DNA of 64,000 nt from Octopus sinensis (taxonomy: Eukaryota), in contig NC_043001.1 of the NCBI RefSeq assembly GCF_006345805.1, positions 55,242,001 through 55,306,000 of the forward strand. Reading direction: 5' to 3'. The translations under genes were made by a program, and so were the position numbers. Below the pieces are notes generated by a model. The model saw nothing but the letters and a program-made list of their open reading frames with translations. It did not search any database and had not been told where the DNA came from. Shown here one piece after another: positions 39,717-53,132 of this stretch; positions within the stretch are counted from its first letter, which is position 1, and every line of letters begins with the position of its first letter.

Positions 39717-41889
39717 GAACCATTAGCAGACGGAATATGGGTACATTAGATGTACCCATATTCAGTCATTCAACAGTAGAACTTTATTAACAAGAGCTAC
39801 AACACCAAATCTTATGTTCTTTTGCATATGGTATTAAAGAGATGAAAATATCAAGTTTTCATATCAGAACTGATAAAAATTGCACATGTCTTTTGCATAG
39901 TTTATCTATACATACATGTATGATAAATTTTAGGGTTTATTTTTCAATAACCATTAAAATGTTGATGTATTACTGACCAATTATAATCTGCTAAGCTGGC
40001 GAAAACTTTTGACTATATATTAATACAACACTTTTCTCCTTTTCAAAATGGAAAAATTGAACTTAGAGTAACAGTTGAAGAAGTTTTATCTTGCATATGA
40101 CTACATATACACACACATGTATATATACATAAATACACACACACACATGAATACAAATATATATGCATATATATATATAAATATGAAGGACATCCAGCTG
40201 TAAAATCTCTGCCAAAATAGACACAGTAGTCTAGGGTAGTTTTTCTGCCTGGCTGGCTCCTGTCAAAAGTCCTACCTATGCATGCATGGAAGATGGATGT
40301 TAAACGATGATGATAATGATGATATATATGTACACACTTCAATGCATATAAATGCAAATATACATATATACAAACACATATGTGTGTATGAGTATGTGCA
40401 TCCATTGACTTCAATTAGTATTTAGTTGCTCAATCAATTTCCCATTCTTTGAGTTAGAATGTAAATGACTGAGTATTGTGCAGACATGTATCCTTAATGT
40501 ACTCTCAGGTAGAATCAGTATGACAAGTCTGTGACAAGGTTTCAACCTTTGAATTACAGCCAGAATTCATCAGATGGGTTTCTAGATAGTTTCTGAGTAC
40601 TTATGTTTTTTGAGGCTAAAGGAAATGACATTTGTTCAAGACACTACACAGTAAGACTGAACCTCGAACCTTATGGCCACAAAGCAAAGTTCTTATCCAT
40701 TCAACGATAACCCACCTACATATATATAAATATACACATGTACACACACACATAAATTGATACATATATATCTACACATATATGTATATAGCAATCGACA
40801 TACTCACAGACACACACATAAGTGTGTGAGTGTGTGTTTATATGTGTGTATATATATATATGTAGATAGATAGATAGGGAGAGAGAGAGAGACAGAGAGC
40901 TACCCACACTTACAGATAATAGATGTTTGTTTGCAATATGACCAGATGTTATGACACACAGAAGAGCCTTGAGTCATTATGTCTGGCCATGATGGAAAAA
41001 GGCAATAAACACCAAGTGTCATTACTCTTTTTTTAAAACACTGAGAGCTTTCTTAATCTGGATTATTGTGACCACCTGATTGATATCAATGTAGATATGC
41101 ACAAATGTGTGTGTGTGTGTTTGTATATATGTGTCTATGTATGCAAGAATGTGTCTGTCCGTCTATCTATCTATCTATCTATCAGATGATTATTTAACTG
41201 ACTGAAGCTTCGAAGTCACTGTCAACAATATTCTTGTTTAAGAATAATTAATTTGGTACTGTACAAGTGTATAGAGAAACCCCTTAGATCAAAGTAAAAT
41301 CGTTTTTATTGCAGCTAAACCTAAAAACAAATATCAACAATATATATATATGTGTGTGCATGTATGTATAAATATATATGTATGTATGTATGTATACATA
41401 CATGCATACATGTACATATAAATGTATCAATACACAAATTTGCCTATGTGCAATGATATGTTTGTATACAAATGCACACACATGTATTAAACATTCAAAG
41501 ACATGGTGCATGGATACACATACATATAACTGTTCCTGTATACACACACATATCAACTTATCACATGTATATACAGGCATATGTATATACATATACTCCT
41601 GACAAAACATATCTACTTTAGATATCGAGACTGTCTTTGAACATGATTCTGAATAAGAATGTTTCAGACAGTACACAAGAAAAATATAGCCGTACAGTGT
41701 AGGTGAATAAAGATAGTTTATATGTTCATGCGGAGAAATTTTTCCACAATAAACTAAGAATGTACCATGTATCAATCAAGAAAAAAAATTCTTTCAGTAA
41801 ATCTAGAATTTTTGGAGCAAGTATGTATGAGTAAATGTGTGTGTGTGTACGTGTAGGCGGAACAAGAGGATATATTTATTTATATATAT

Positions 41890-41935
<46 letters not shown>

Positions 41936-42189
41936 AGGGAGAGAGAGAGAGAGAGAGAGACATAGTGTGAAAATTCATGTTTGCCATTATTACTTTCGGC
42001 CATTTCTAAAAAGTAATCATAAGAATGTAATATCAAGATATGAATGAGGATTATCGTGAATAAAAGACTAAAACATACATATATTCATACACACATGCAT
42101 ATATGAAAGCAAATATCTGTATGTATGCATGTGTGGCTGCATGTACATATATATTATATGTTTACATATAATATATAATCTATCTAAAG

Positions 42190-42220
<31 letters not shown>

Positions 42221-43658
42221 TATACACACATGCACATGCTTGTACATATATACATATACATGTGTATGTATGGATGCACACACATACTGTTGGATCTCCA
42301 TCAGCTCCAATGATGAACATTCAGGCATTCTACCAACTCAGCTACCAACAAAAGCCAGCTTATTGAAATAACATGTAAGTATTACAGGTACATGGACACT
42401 TGATGTAATTCTCAGGTAGGAGCAGTGTGTAGCAGAGTGATGTTGGACATTAAACTTACAGGTGCCATCAATCTACTGAAATTTCATTCAGTTTCCATCT
42501 ACCCAATAACTATTAATCTTAGGCACTGGTATTAGATGCCTGCCCAAGATGCTGCCATGCAGTGAAATCAGACCTGGTACTTTATGATAGCCAAATGAAT
42601 TACTTAAGCTTTTGATAACACTTCATCTACACATTTGTAAACACACACACACACGCAGGTGAAGATATTGCTGTGCTGTTTTAAGTTTTTCTCTCGCTGT
42701 GTGATGTCTCATGCAAGCATCTTCAACTATTGTCGTGGGCTGACCAATACCTCATGAGTGAAACTGATAGATGGAAACTGCAAAAGCCAGTTGTATGTGT
42801 GCGTGTGTTTGTGTGAACGTGTGTGCATACATGTTTGGCTTCTTTTCTGTTTTTGTGTAGATGCTATCTGAAAAAAAAAAATGGTGCTGTATATATGACC
42901 TACAAGTCAGCAGTTTTACAACTAGAAATATACAGACTTGGTTACAAGTTTTAACATTTAAAAGTAGTATTAATGGGTTTTCCTTCCTTGCGTCTTGTTT
43001 CAATGTTCAATACATTTATTTCTCCATGATGTTTTTTATCATTTGCATTTTTCTCCAGCATCAACATCAATATCACTTTTTATTTTTTACATCGGATATA
43101 AGGCAGTCTTTATATTTTAACTTCTGTGTGTGAGGGAGGCTTTGCTCAGATCATAATTCCTCTTAAAGAACTACATAGCTGGCTTTTTGCAAAAGAGCTT
43201 TTATGCATACAATATTCACTAACTTAAGAACCTTAATGTCAGCCACACAGTCTCTTCAAGACACATGCAAATTATGTTGAAGATAATTTCACTGAAAAAT
43301 GCTTCAACTAGTTCGCATGTTTAGAATATAATGTACTTGTTTCACAGCTATTCAGCAAAACATTGGAGAATAGATATTTTCATGCCTGTTTTTTCTTTAA
43401 ATCTACAAATATATGCTTACATATATATTTCTTTATTAACTGCAGTGCCAAGTAAATGACTCAAATTCCAAAGGTTTTGTACATAGAGCTTATCAAACTT
43501 ATGTATAACAAATATAACTTTGATAAATGTGTTTGTGTATATATATATATATATAATATATATATATGTACACACACACACACACATGTATGCACACATA
43601 TTGCTGTAAAGGAGAATGAGTAAAACAACTAAGACAGAATGGAAATGAATATGATTAC

Positions 43659-43858
43659 CTGCAGAGGTTTAGCCAGAAGGTTAGAAGTATTGATCAAGGT
43701 GGTGGTTGCGTAGGGTGCAACAGCAGATACTGGGTTTGGTTTTTGGTAGAAAGTCTTCATTTGAGGAACATTCATACTGATTCTGTTATACAGATTTTGA
43801 TCTTTCATTTCGTTTTGATCCATGATGTTAGTAAGGTCAGGCTGAACACCACCCAAAG
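43659..43858 (-). CDS. robo: Roundabout-family receptor, internal coding exon (cytoplasmic CC0/CC1 region)
   Basis: Acceptor ctttcag| and donor CAG|gtaatc; 200 nt, phase 1 to 0. Encodes LGGVQPDLTNIMDQNEMKDQNLYNRISMNVPQMKTFYQKPNPVSAVAPYATTTLINTSNLLAKPLQ. MKTF...PYATTxLI matches the Robo CC1 context (human ROBO1 EMKTF...PTPYATTQLI, recalled from memory). Confidence 0.85.
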
Positions 43859-45563
43859 CTGAAAGGTATAGTGTATGAGATTAAGCAGGTATAGTGTATA
43901 AGATTAAGCATATAAATACAATTAGTCTTGAAACAAGAAATGCCTAAAATTATTTCAGGTCATTCCTCAGGTATTTCATTAAATCTAATTAGAGTGCCTT
44001 ACTTAAGTTTGACTCACAAACATTGTATTTATTACAGGAATTTATAAGTACAGAGACAGACATCTATATGGTTAAGAAGTTTACAGAGAACTTTGGACAA
44101 ATGTCTTCAATTGTAGATTACAGTTGATCAATACCCTGTGAGTGGAATTTATCAAACAGAAACCGTGCACATCTCCGTGTGTGTATGTCTGTGTTTGTAC
44201 AGGTGACTTCCTCCCCAATGTTTATGTTGGGGAACTTTATGTACACTAACCTATTGTTTTGATATGATTGGTGAGGCATTTGAAGGTGATGCTCCACTAT
44301 GATCATTATCCAGTGACTGAAACCAGTAAAACGATAAAGCTTCCGTTCAATCCCTCTCATATTTTGAAAATCTGAATCATTAAAATGAAGTTCCTACTAT
44401 AAATGCTGCTCTTCTAAACCTGTTAAATTTGTACCACCACAACTAATTCATTTAATGTAAATTGTGTCACCAATGGAGCCCACTGCATAAATAGCATCTA
44501 AATCTTCCGTAAAGTTACACTTTACCATCTTTAACCCATAAAGCACTGGGATTTCCACTTACATAGCATGGAGTGCTGAGCACATTTTATGAAAATGAGA
44601 CTACCATGCACACACAAAAAACAAAAAATAGTTAAAATATCTTCTTAGTATATAACGGTAGCAAGTTTTACATCATCCGAAAAGTCATTAGTTGAACTAT
44701 TAACCCTCTTGCATTCTGGTGGGTATTGGAGCTTTTGAGTGATAGTGCTCAACGGCCATGATCATGGTCCATCATGTTTTATGTATTAAAAGAGTAGTCC
44801 TAGATATAAGTCTGAAAAATGAGTTGGAAAGGTCATGACTGAGATGCATTTGATTATAGATCTGTTTGATCATTGTGACTCGGGGGTCAACCAACAACAT
44901 AAGCCTTTATATGATCAACTGACTTGTTAGATGTAGTAGCTAAATCCTACATTAATCATACTACTGTTTTTTTTTTAAAAACAAAAAAAACATCATGGGT
45001 TAACATCACTGGAGTACCACTTTTCAAAGTTGACATGGTATTGAACAACAACAAAAATATTGATCTAGACAACTCAAAGTTAAGCATCTTGTCTAAGATC
45101 ACAATAAATAATGCTGATAGTAAATCATGACTTGCTGACCAACTGGCTTGTTGTTCATTAGCTTTGTCTATAGTTTCTTTGTTTTTCAATAATAGTAGTA
45201 GTAGTAGTAAGGGAGTTAGAATGGTAAAGTAAAGTTGTACTTACTCTTTTGGTATATTGGATCATGACATAGTCTTAACGTATTTTCATGATATTCTGAA
45301 AGTTGATAAATTCAGTATTTTATAATACAGAACAAAATCATATAAAAAAAATAATAACCATAAAAAAATAATATAGAACAAGAACTCAAAACTATATCAG
45401 GCCCAAAATCTACATATAGTCAATTTATTAACTCAGCTATGTACCCAAGACACTTAATTTACTAGTGTAACTGACAGTTCACTTTCTTGTATAATCTACA
45501 CAATACATTCTACAAAACTGCCACCCATCAATATAACACAAGACACATAGATATACTCTACAC

Positions 45564-45820
45564 CAGTGTTTCTTAACCATTTTTTACCTATGAACCTCTT
45601 TGATTCCTATTTTACTTTACTGGACCTCTTCCCTCCACTGCCATTTGGTGTTTAAAAACTCCTATTATATTTATATGATTAAATATTAGGAACTGTATAA
45701 AAATGTTGTTAAAATATTTCATGTATTGTAAAAGTATAATCAATTTATTGCACATAAGCTTTAACAAAAAAAAATTATGTGGTCCCCAATGGTCATATGA
45801 ACCATGGTTGAGAGCCATTA
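45564..45820. mobile_element. hAT/Charlie-type MITE
   Basis: TIRs cagtgtttcttaacca / tggttgagagccatta; 8-bp TSD ctctacac (45556-63) / ctctatac (45821-28). Confidence 0.8.
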
Positions 45821-46031
45821 CTCTATACAGTCACTCCTTAATAATATAACACAAGATATAGAATACAAATTCTCATTACACTCATTATCCAATTACAGAA
45901 CATAAATCACACAAGACACACACTACACTACCACTGCCAACCGTTTCTGTTTGGGAGAACTCTTGAAATACAATCCATGTCTAAGGGAACCCCCATGTAA
46001 AAAAAATATTTTCTAATATTTACTAAATCTA

Positions 46032-46245
46032 AGTGGTGAGCTGGTAAAATCATTAATATGCTGGGCAAAATGCTTAGCAGCATTTTGTCCATCTTCACAT
46101 TCTGGGTTCAAATGCTGCCGGGGTTGACTTTGCCTTTCATTCTTTTGGGGTTGAGAAAATAAATACTAGTTGAGCACTGGGGTTGATTTAATTGACTTAT
46201 TACCTCCCTTGAAATTACTGGCCTTGTGCCAAAATTTGAAACCAA
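46032..46245 (+). mobile_element. SINE family B (short tail)
   Basis: gtggtgagctggtaaaatc...ggccttgtgccaaaatttgaaacc. Confidence 0.8.
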
Positions 46246-46719
46246 TGTTTACTAAATTTCATAAGGAGGAATTTATCAAGGCTTGGTTCTCAGCCCTCTA
46301 ATGTATAGGAAGGATCGAACCTTGGTGAACTCCTACTTGTAAAATTTAAATAAGTTCATTATTGTCCTCCAGGCCATAACAAAGGAACTTAAGAATAGTT
46401 GCCTCAGGGAACTACAATATGCTGCAGTAGAATTAGAAAAGGAATTCCAGGTGTGGAAGCAAAACCTGGAAGCAATCATAATGACAATTGTATCTAACAT
46501 GGGCACAAGACCAGAAATTTTGGGGAGTAGTGTAGTTGACTAAACTGACCCAGTAATTTATTTTATCAACCACAGAAAGAATTAAAGGCAAAATTGACCT
46601 TAGCAGAATTTGAACTTATAAAGTTAAGAGCTGTAGCTAAACACTTTCAGACATTCTACCTGATACTTCAACAATTCTACTAGCATTTATTTTGATCATC
46701 ATCATCAATCTTGTAAATG

Positions 46720-46875
46720 TTTATCCCCACTTAAATGTAGATGTCCTGTTAGAACAAACTATACTGCAGTATTTACCATAAGAGAAACTCTCATATTGGC
46801 TTTCGGTTTCTCTCATGGCAACTACTGCAGTATAAGTTTGTTCTAACAGAACATCCACATTTAAGTGGAGATAAA
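46720..46875. repeat. Hairpin with ~70-bp inverted arms
   Basis: tttatccccacttaaatgtagatgtcctgttagaacaaactatactgcagta...gagaaac is mirrored at 46806-46875. Confidence 0.9.
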
Positions 46876-46877
46876 TA

Positions 46878-47743
46878 CAGGGTGTCCCAAAAGTCACTGA
46901 TGGGTTTCAATTTTTTATAACTTCCTAAGCTTTGAATGAAATTTTGATACAATATAAAAGGACATAATGGAAATTAATATACACAAGTCAAATTTTGCAA
47001 CACCACTACATCAAATATGAAAAATGACATGGCTTAAATGGCAGCCATTTTCTGCTTCGCACACCCGTGCTCTTTCTGAAACCTATACCATAACACCCTC
47101 AAGAGTTTCAGAGCCCATTTCTCTGATTTCTCTATTGATGTTCCCCTTCAGTTGCACCAGAATGTGGAGTTTGTTGACGTAAACCCTTTCTTTCAGGCAT
47201 CCCCACAAGAAAAAAATCCAGGCTAGTCAAGTCTGGGGAACGTAAAGGCCAGTTGACATTCCTGTAGCGGGAGATAATTCTCTCTCCAAAGCACTGCTGT
47301 AGCAACTGCATTGTTTCTCTTGTAGTATGAGCAGTTGGCTCATCTTGCTGGAATCATGTGTGAGGTCTACTTTGAATCGCCTTCATGTTCCCCAGACTTG
47401 ACTAGCCCTGATTTTTTTTCTTGTGGGGATACCTGAAAGAGAGGGTTTATGTCAACAATCTGGAGACCCTGGAGCAACAGAGAAATCAGAGAAGTGGGGT
47501 CTGAAACTCTTGAGGGTGTTATGGTGCAAGTTTTGGAAAGAGTACAGGCGTGTGCAGCCTAAAATGGCTACCATTTAAGCGATGTCATTTTTCATATGTG
47601 ATGTAGTAGTGTTGCAAAATTTGACTTGTGCATATTACTTTTCATTATGTCCTTTGTATTGTATCAAAATTTCATGCATTTAGTTGTAAAGTTAAGGAAG
47701 TTATTTAAAATTGAAACCCATCAGTGACTTTTGGGACACCCTG
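46878..47743. mobile_element. Non-autonomous DD41D (rosa/Visitor) Tc1/mariner element composed of two inverted 3' ends
   Basis: TA-cagggtgtcccaaaagtcactgatggg ... cccatcagtgacttttgggacaccctg-TA; arms 46878-47241 and 47387-47743. Minus strand encodes FQQDEPTAHTTRETMQLLQQCFGERIISRYRNVNWPLRSPDLTSLDFFLWGCLKERVY, with 41 residues between the second and third Asp. Confidence 0.92.
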
Positions 47744-48507
47744 TACTATCTCATGGTATTAATACTGCTTCTGTTGCTAATATATGTCTTGTAAATGTTT
47801 AAAAGTTATTTTGCTAACATTTTTTTTTTGGCTGCTTTTTCATATGCCATTATTTTATAATTTTCTATCTTTCTTTAAAAATTAAGAAAGGGCACACTAG
47901 GCAATATTCTATACATTAAAAAAAGACAAGATACATATCATAAACAAACAGAAAACTATCTAGAGAGTGGTGTTTTTCTAAGAGATGAGCACAATTATTT
48001 CTTAAATAGACACCAATTTCATGCATTGTGTGTGGAGTAGGGGTGATTGTATCAACAGTAGCCCATTTCAGGTACATATTTTATCAACCCTGGAAGGTTA
48101 TATGGTAAAGTGGACCTTGGTGAGATTTGAACTCAGTAACACAATGCTTTTAAAGACAACATTTTTCTGTCCTATGAAAGTAGTGAATTGGCATAGAGTT
48201 TAGTGCATAAAATATGATGATAAAGTATGAATTCTGGCTTTCTGTGCACTGAAATTATATCTCACCAAGAGTAACTTTGTCTTTCATCCTTTAGGTTGAT
48301 ATATATAAAATAACAGTGAACTGGTAGAATTGATAGAATAGATACCCTGAAGCATCTGATTGGGCTCTTCCCATTCTACACTCTACTATCATAACACTTT
48401 TAATACTAAGCCATCTGAGGCTACCTCCAATTCTCCAATTCAGATCCTTTTGTTTTAAAGAATGCATATTTAAATTACAAAATCTTTCATCATAATTTTA
48501 TGTAAGA

Positions 48508-48790
48508 ATCATCATCATCATTTAACATCCGCTTTCCATGCTGGCATGAGTTGAACGGTTTGATTGAGGGCTAGTAAGCCAGAAGGTTGCACCAGACTCC
48601 AATCTGATCTGGCAAAGTTTCTACAGCAAGATGCCCTTCCTAACGCCAACCACTCTGTGAGTGTAGCATGTGCTTTTTACATACCACCAGCATGTAGGCC
48701 AGTCAGGTGGTATTAGCATTGACCACATTTGAATTGTGTTTTTTACATGCCACTGGCACGGGACAAGTCAGCCGGCGCTGGCATTGACCA
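48508..48790 (-). mobile_element. Family D retroposon
   Basis: (CAT)n ttaacatccgctttccatgctggc...gatgcccttcctaacgccaacc. Confidence 0.8.
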
Positions 48791-49970
48791 TTTAAGGTAT
48801 ATTCCAAACAATGGTTTAATAATGAAAAATCTGTTTAAATTCTTGAATATTTTCAAAATCAACTGCAAGAAATAAGCAGTGCATTTCAATAGAAATATTA
48901 ACCATAGGAGGTGGCAAACTTGATAGAACACGCACAAACTAAATGCATTCTAATATTTAGTAATCTTCCTTTACATACAATAGAAGGTGACTTTTCTTTT
49001 TACAATTCCTAAGTTGATAAAATATATACCAGTTATGTACTGAGGTTGATTAAACTGAGTACATCTTCCCTCCATATGCAAATGTGTGGCCTCTGCCATG
49101 CAAAACTTAGAAATCAATACACCAATTAAATTAACAATAAAGGCTACTTTGGTTATTTTATATTTAGCCTTGGGTTAATTCATACATTTAATGCAGTTGT
49201 ATCATATGTCTTACTAAAAAGTCTGGAGAGAAGAGATGCCAGTGATGGTTGTGGTGGTGGAGATTGTTATTATTTCTACTGTGTAGGGCTCACTTGTTCT
49301 CTAGTGGTATTGATTTTAGCCATTTATATGATTGCAAGCAGAAATTTTCTAAACATACGGAAACAACACCAAAATACAGAGGTATTTGGAGAAGAAAAAA
49401 ATAAAACATATATTAAAAAAAAAACTCCAACCAACAACAACAAAAAAATCAAACAAAATATACAACCATATAACGTAATCTTTCGAAGTAGAGTGTGTGT
49501 TATATTTTTGTTGTTGTTATTAGGTATAAAGCCTTGGGCAAATAGATTTAAGAGATTGTATATAGTAGGATTTATGGGCTTAAAATAATAATTAGCTGGG
49601 AATACTTGTTCAATTTCATCTTCAGATTTGGTAAGAGATCCAAACAGAGAATATATGACTAATTTCAAGTAGCCTGTGGCCACAGAAGATCCTCTTCTTG
49701 ATGTAAAGTGATTGCATTTTGTAGTCAGAAATCAATCAGGGGAGAACACAAGAGACAGTAGCTCACATTGAAGGTACTGGTTAAAGTTTCAAAAGAACAA
49801 CAGTTGATAGACTGAGAAATATTTTACTACAAAATATCATTACATCCATAACTACTTGCATGAACACCAAACACAACATAGCTGAGCAGTTTGACCCGCT
49901 AGAAATAGCAGTTGAATTTCCTTCAACATAAATCCTACTTTCTTACAAAAAGAAAGGCTTACATCTTTCT

Positions 49971-50032
<62 letters not shown>

Positions 50033-50740
50033 CACAGATACATAATTATGTACATATGTGGGTGCCTGTTTATTCACATTTACCAGTAAAAAAAATAATG
50101 GTGTTATGTCAATAACAATTCAAGATCGATATAATAAGTATCAAACTAAAATAAGTACTGTGGTTGATAAGATTTACAAAAGCCCTTGAAGAGACTGCCT
50201 CCCCACTCCCAAATATTCGCAGAGCAATGACCAAATGCAGTAAAAAGAAATAAAATCAGAAGCACACTTCAGAATCCTGAGTTTTTTTTTTTTTCTTTTT
50301 GATATTTTAGGTTGAGTCTGATGCAAAGGAAATATTATACTAATGTTTCTGAAATATTTGAGCATGGTTTATTATTTACTCAAAGGCGATGCAGCATCAA
50401 TGACTTCCGTGATATTCCTGTAAGAGGGGTTAAGAAATTACAGATCTTGCTCAACATGAACTTCTGTAGGTTAATGTCTGCATAAGAACGTGGGAAGAGA
50501 AGAAAGAATTCCAGAATTATTTTCATGAGGTGTGATAGAATAGTAATTAGAGTTAGGACTGGTTGGAAGTAGTAGTCTGCAGAGCAGAAACTGATGCAAT
50601 AGTGGTAGAAGAGACAGAGGAGAAATAGTGTGTCTGTTAACTAGTGAATGGTGTGTCAGTGACAGGTGGATTTTTGTCAATCCTCTACAGGATGTGGTTT
50701 TGATAATGTAGCAGTAGCAGTGAAGGCACTTGGCTGTGAA

Positions 50741-51058
50741 GGCGCGTGGCTTAGTGGTTAGGGCATTCGGCTCACGACTGTAAGGTCGTGCGTTCAATTC
50801 CCGTTGACACACTGTGTCCTTGAGCAAGACACTTTATTTCATGTTGCTCCAGTCCACTCAGCTGGTAAAAATGAGTAGTACCTGTATTTCAAAGGGCCAG
50901 CCTTCTCACACTCTGTGTCATGCTGAATCTCCCTGAGAATTATGTTAGGGGTACACATGTCTGTGGATTGTTCAGTCACTTGCATGTTAATTTCATGAGC
51001 AAGCTGTTCTGTTGATCGTATCAGCTGGGACCCTCGCCGTTGTAACCGACAGAGTGCT
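50741..51058 (+). mobile_element. SINE family C, full length, tRNA-like head
   Basis: ggcgcgtggcttagtggttagg (A box), gttcaattccc (B box), CORE-like gtgtccttgagcaagacactt, then tail. Confidence 0.9.
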
Positions 51059-51067
51059 CCTAGTAGC

Positions 51068-51351
51068 AGCATAGGTTCTTAAAGTGGACGCTATGGCCCC
51101 CACCCGTGGGCGATGAGAGGTTCCAGGTGGGTGTTAGTGTCTAAGAGGGTGGTAGATAAAAAGTAGGCAATGGGAGAAAGGCAGTGGATTGGGGGATGCA
51201 TATGAATTTATAATATTATTATAGTATTGTATACAAATTATATAAGATACTAAATATCAAATGATTGGTAGTATATATAAATTAGTAAAATATAAAATTT
51301 TTATTTATACATAAAAATAGGAGTAGTGGCCCAAAATGTTTGAGAACCTCT
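51068..51351. mobile_element. hAT-like MITE, degenerate
   Basis: aggttcttaaa ... tttgagaacctct inverted ends. Confidence 0.45.
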
Positions 51352-51457
51352 TCTGTAAAGAGAATCTCATGAGATTTTGTTGAGAGTAACACACCCTATC
51401 ATAGCTAAATGTTCTAATCCTGAAAAATAATACTATTTCATAGGGTAGTCAGCTTAA

Positions 51458-51677
51458 CCCTTTTGCATTCAGATTGCTTTGTCAAATATAATCCTTATTT
51501 ATTTACATTGTTTTTAATTAATCATGCATTATCTTGTAGCATTGAAATTTCAATGATGTGATTGTTTGTTTTTAGAATGACATTGAAGGGTAGGTGTGAG
51601 ATGCCAGATCTGGCCAGTATGAACAAACAACAGGTAGAATATTTGGGCCAGATATGGCCTGTTTAAATGCTAAAGGA
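51458..51677. mobile_element. piggyBac-like MITE, intact
   Basis: TTAA-cccttttgcatt ... aatgctaaagga-TTAA. Confidence 0.82.
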
Positions 51678-53065
51678 TTAAACATGAGAGACTATAAAAA
51701 AATTGTGAAACCTATCATTTCTAATAACTCACAGAGTTTTCAAGTCTAGATGTAGTAATCGTCATCATCATTTAATGTCTGTTTTTTCATGCTGGCATGC
51801 ATTGGGCAGTTTGACAGGAGCTGACCAGCTGAAGAGTTGTTCAGGCTTCCAGTCTGTTTTGGCATGGTTTCTATTGCTGGATGCCCTTCCTAATGTCAAC
51901 CACTTTACAGAAAAGTATTAATTTTACCACAATGGTAGAGTGAAGGATGGGTATGGCACATGACTTTTGCAGGCTCTCCTAGACCAGTGAGCTTAATGTG
52001 GTTTATGTTCAGTTTGAACAGCTTGTAGGTTGGTGTTCACAAGGAAAAAACCATTGTGTGAGTAGGGAAGAAAGATTAAGAAAGTGTTCTAGATGCTTGA
52101 TAAGGGAGATGAGACACAATAAATGGCTATTAAAGGAGAAATGAATAGATCAGATGGACATGAGTGGAAAGTGTGTGCTTTGAAAGTTCAAAGATCTATA
52201 GACTGCAGTGGAAAGCATGTGCTTTAGTTGCCATCTAAACACCAACTCTTTTAACCAATCAATCCAGATTAGGTAATCCTGACCTCACATCTGTTGTTGC
52301 AGTTGCTCAGCTCCAGGTCAAACCTGATTGAACAGATGTGTTATCAAAGGTATACCAATCATAACCATCATGCCTTTTTAGTTTTATGTAAGGCGACATT
52401 ATTTAATGAATCTTTTCTGTATTTAACATAACAAGATGTAATATGAGATCTTGCTGCTATTTCTAGTAGATCACACTACAATGTTGAAGACCCTTCATTG
52501 TGGTGTATTTTCTCTTCATTGGCAAATACATGTATTAATTTTGTTGTATAGTTGTCCTCAGGTCAGTACTGTTCAAGAAGATTCAAATAGACAAACCACA
52601 AAATAAGCATAAAATAATCCTGACATTCTCCAATCACAAAATGACAATAACAACAAATATAAATCTAATCAAATAAATTGTGAGGCAGGTGAGAGCTGAA
52701 AAGCTAAGGAAACATTATGGCATTTAAGGAATATCTCTTATCATTCCATTTGTAACTGACACAACTGGAATGATACACAACCATTACTGTAAAGATTTTG
52801 ACAAATTACCTATAAGGACAGACATGAAGATGGTCCAGAAAGTAGGAGTAATAGGATCTATAAACATTGCCAGTGCATTCTCAAATGGCATTTATTAACC
52901 TTGAACATTTTTGTTAACCTTAAGCACATTTATTAACCCTGAACATTCTTGTTAACCTTACACACTTTTATATGCCTCTTCTCTATCATGTACCTAATTC
53001 TGTTTCAAGGAAGAGAAATCCGTACCTCCTCAACTTGGACAGTAAAGATAATACACCCCACCCCA

Positions 53066-53132
<67 letters not shown>

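Noticed and set aside
40913-40982. Minus-strand AG...GTAAGT interval
   Set aside because: Open only in phase 1, incompatible with the phase-0 donor at 43659, and the peptide is uninformative.
41596-41690. Possible downstream Robo exon (KHSYSESCSKTVSISKVDMFCQ or NHVQRQSRYLK)
   Set aside because: No good acceptor/donor pair in a phase-0 open frame and no recognisable motif.
50741-50815. tRNA gene
   Set aside because: It is the tRNA-derived head of a SINE and runs straight into the CORE-like and tail sequence without a proper acceptor stem.
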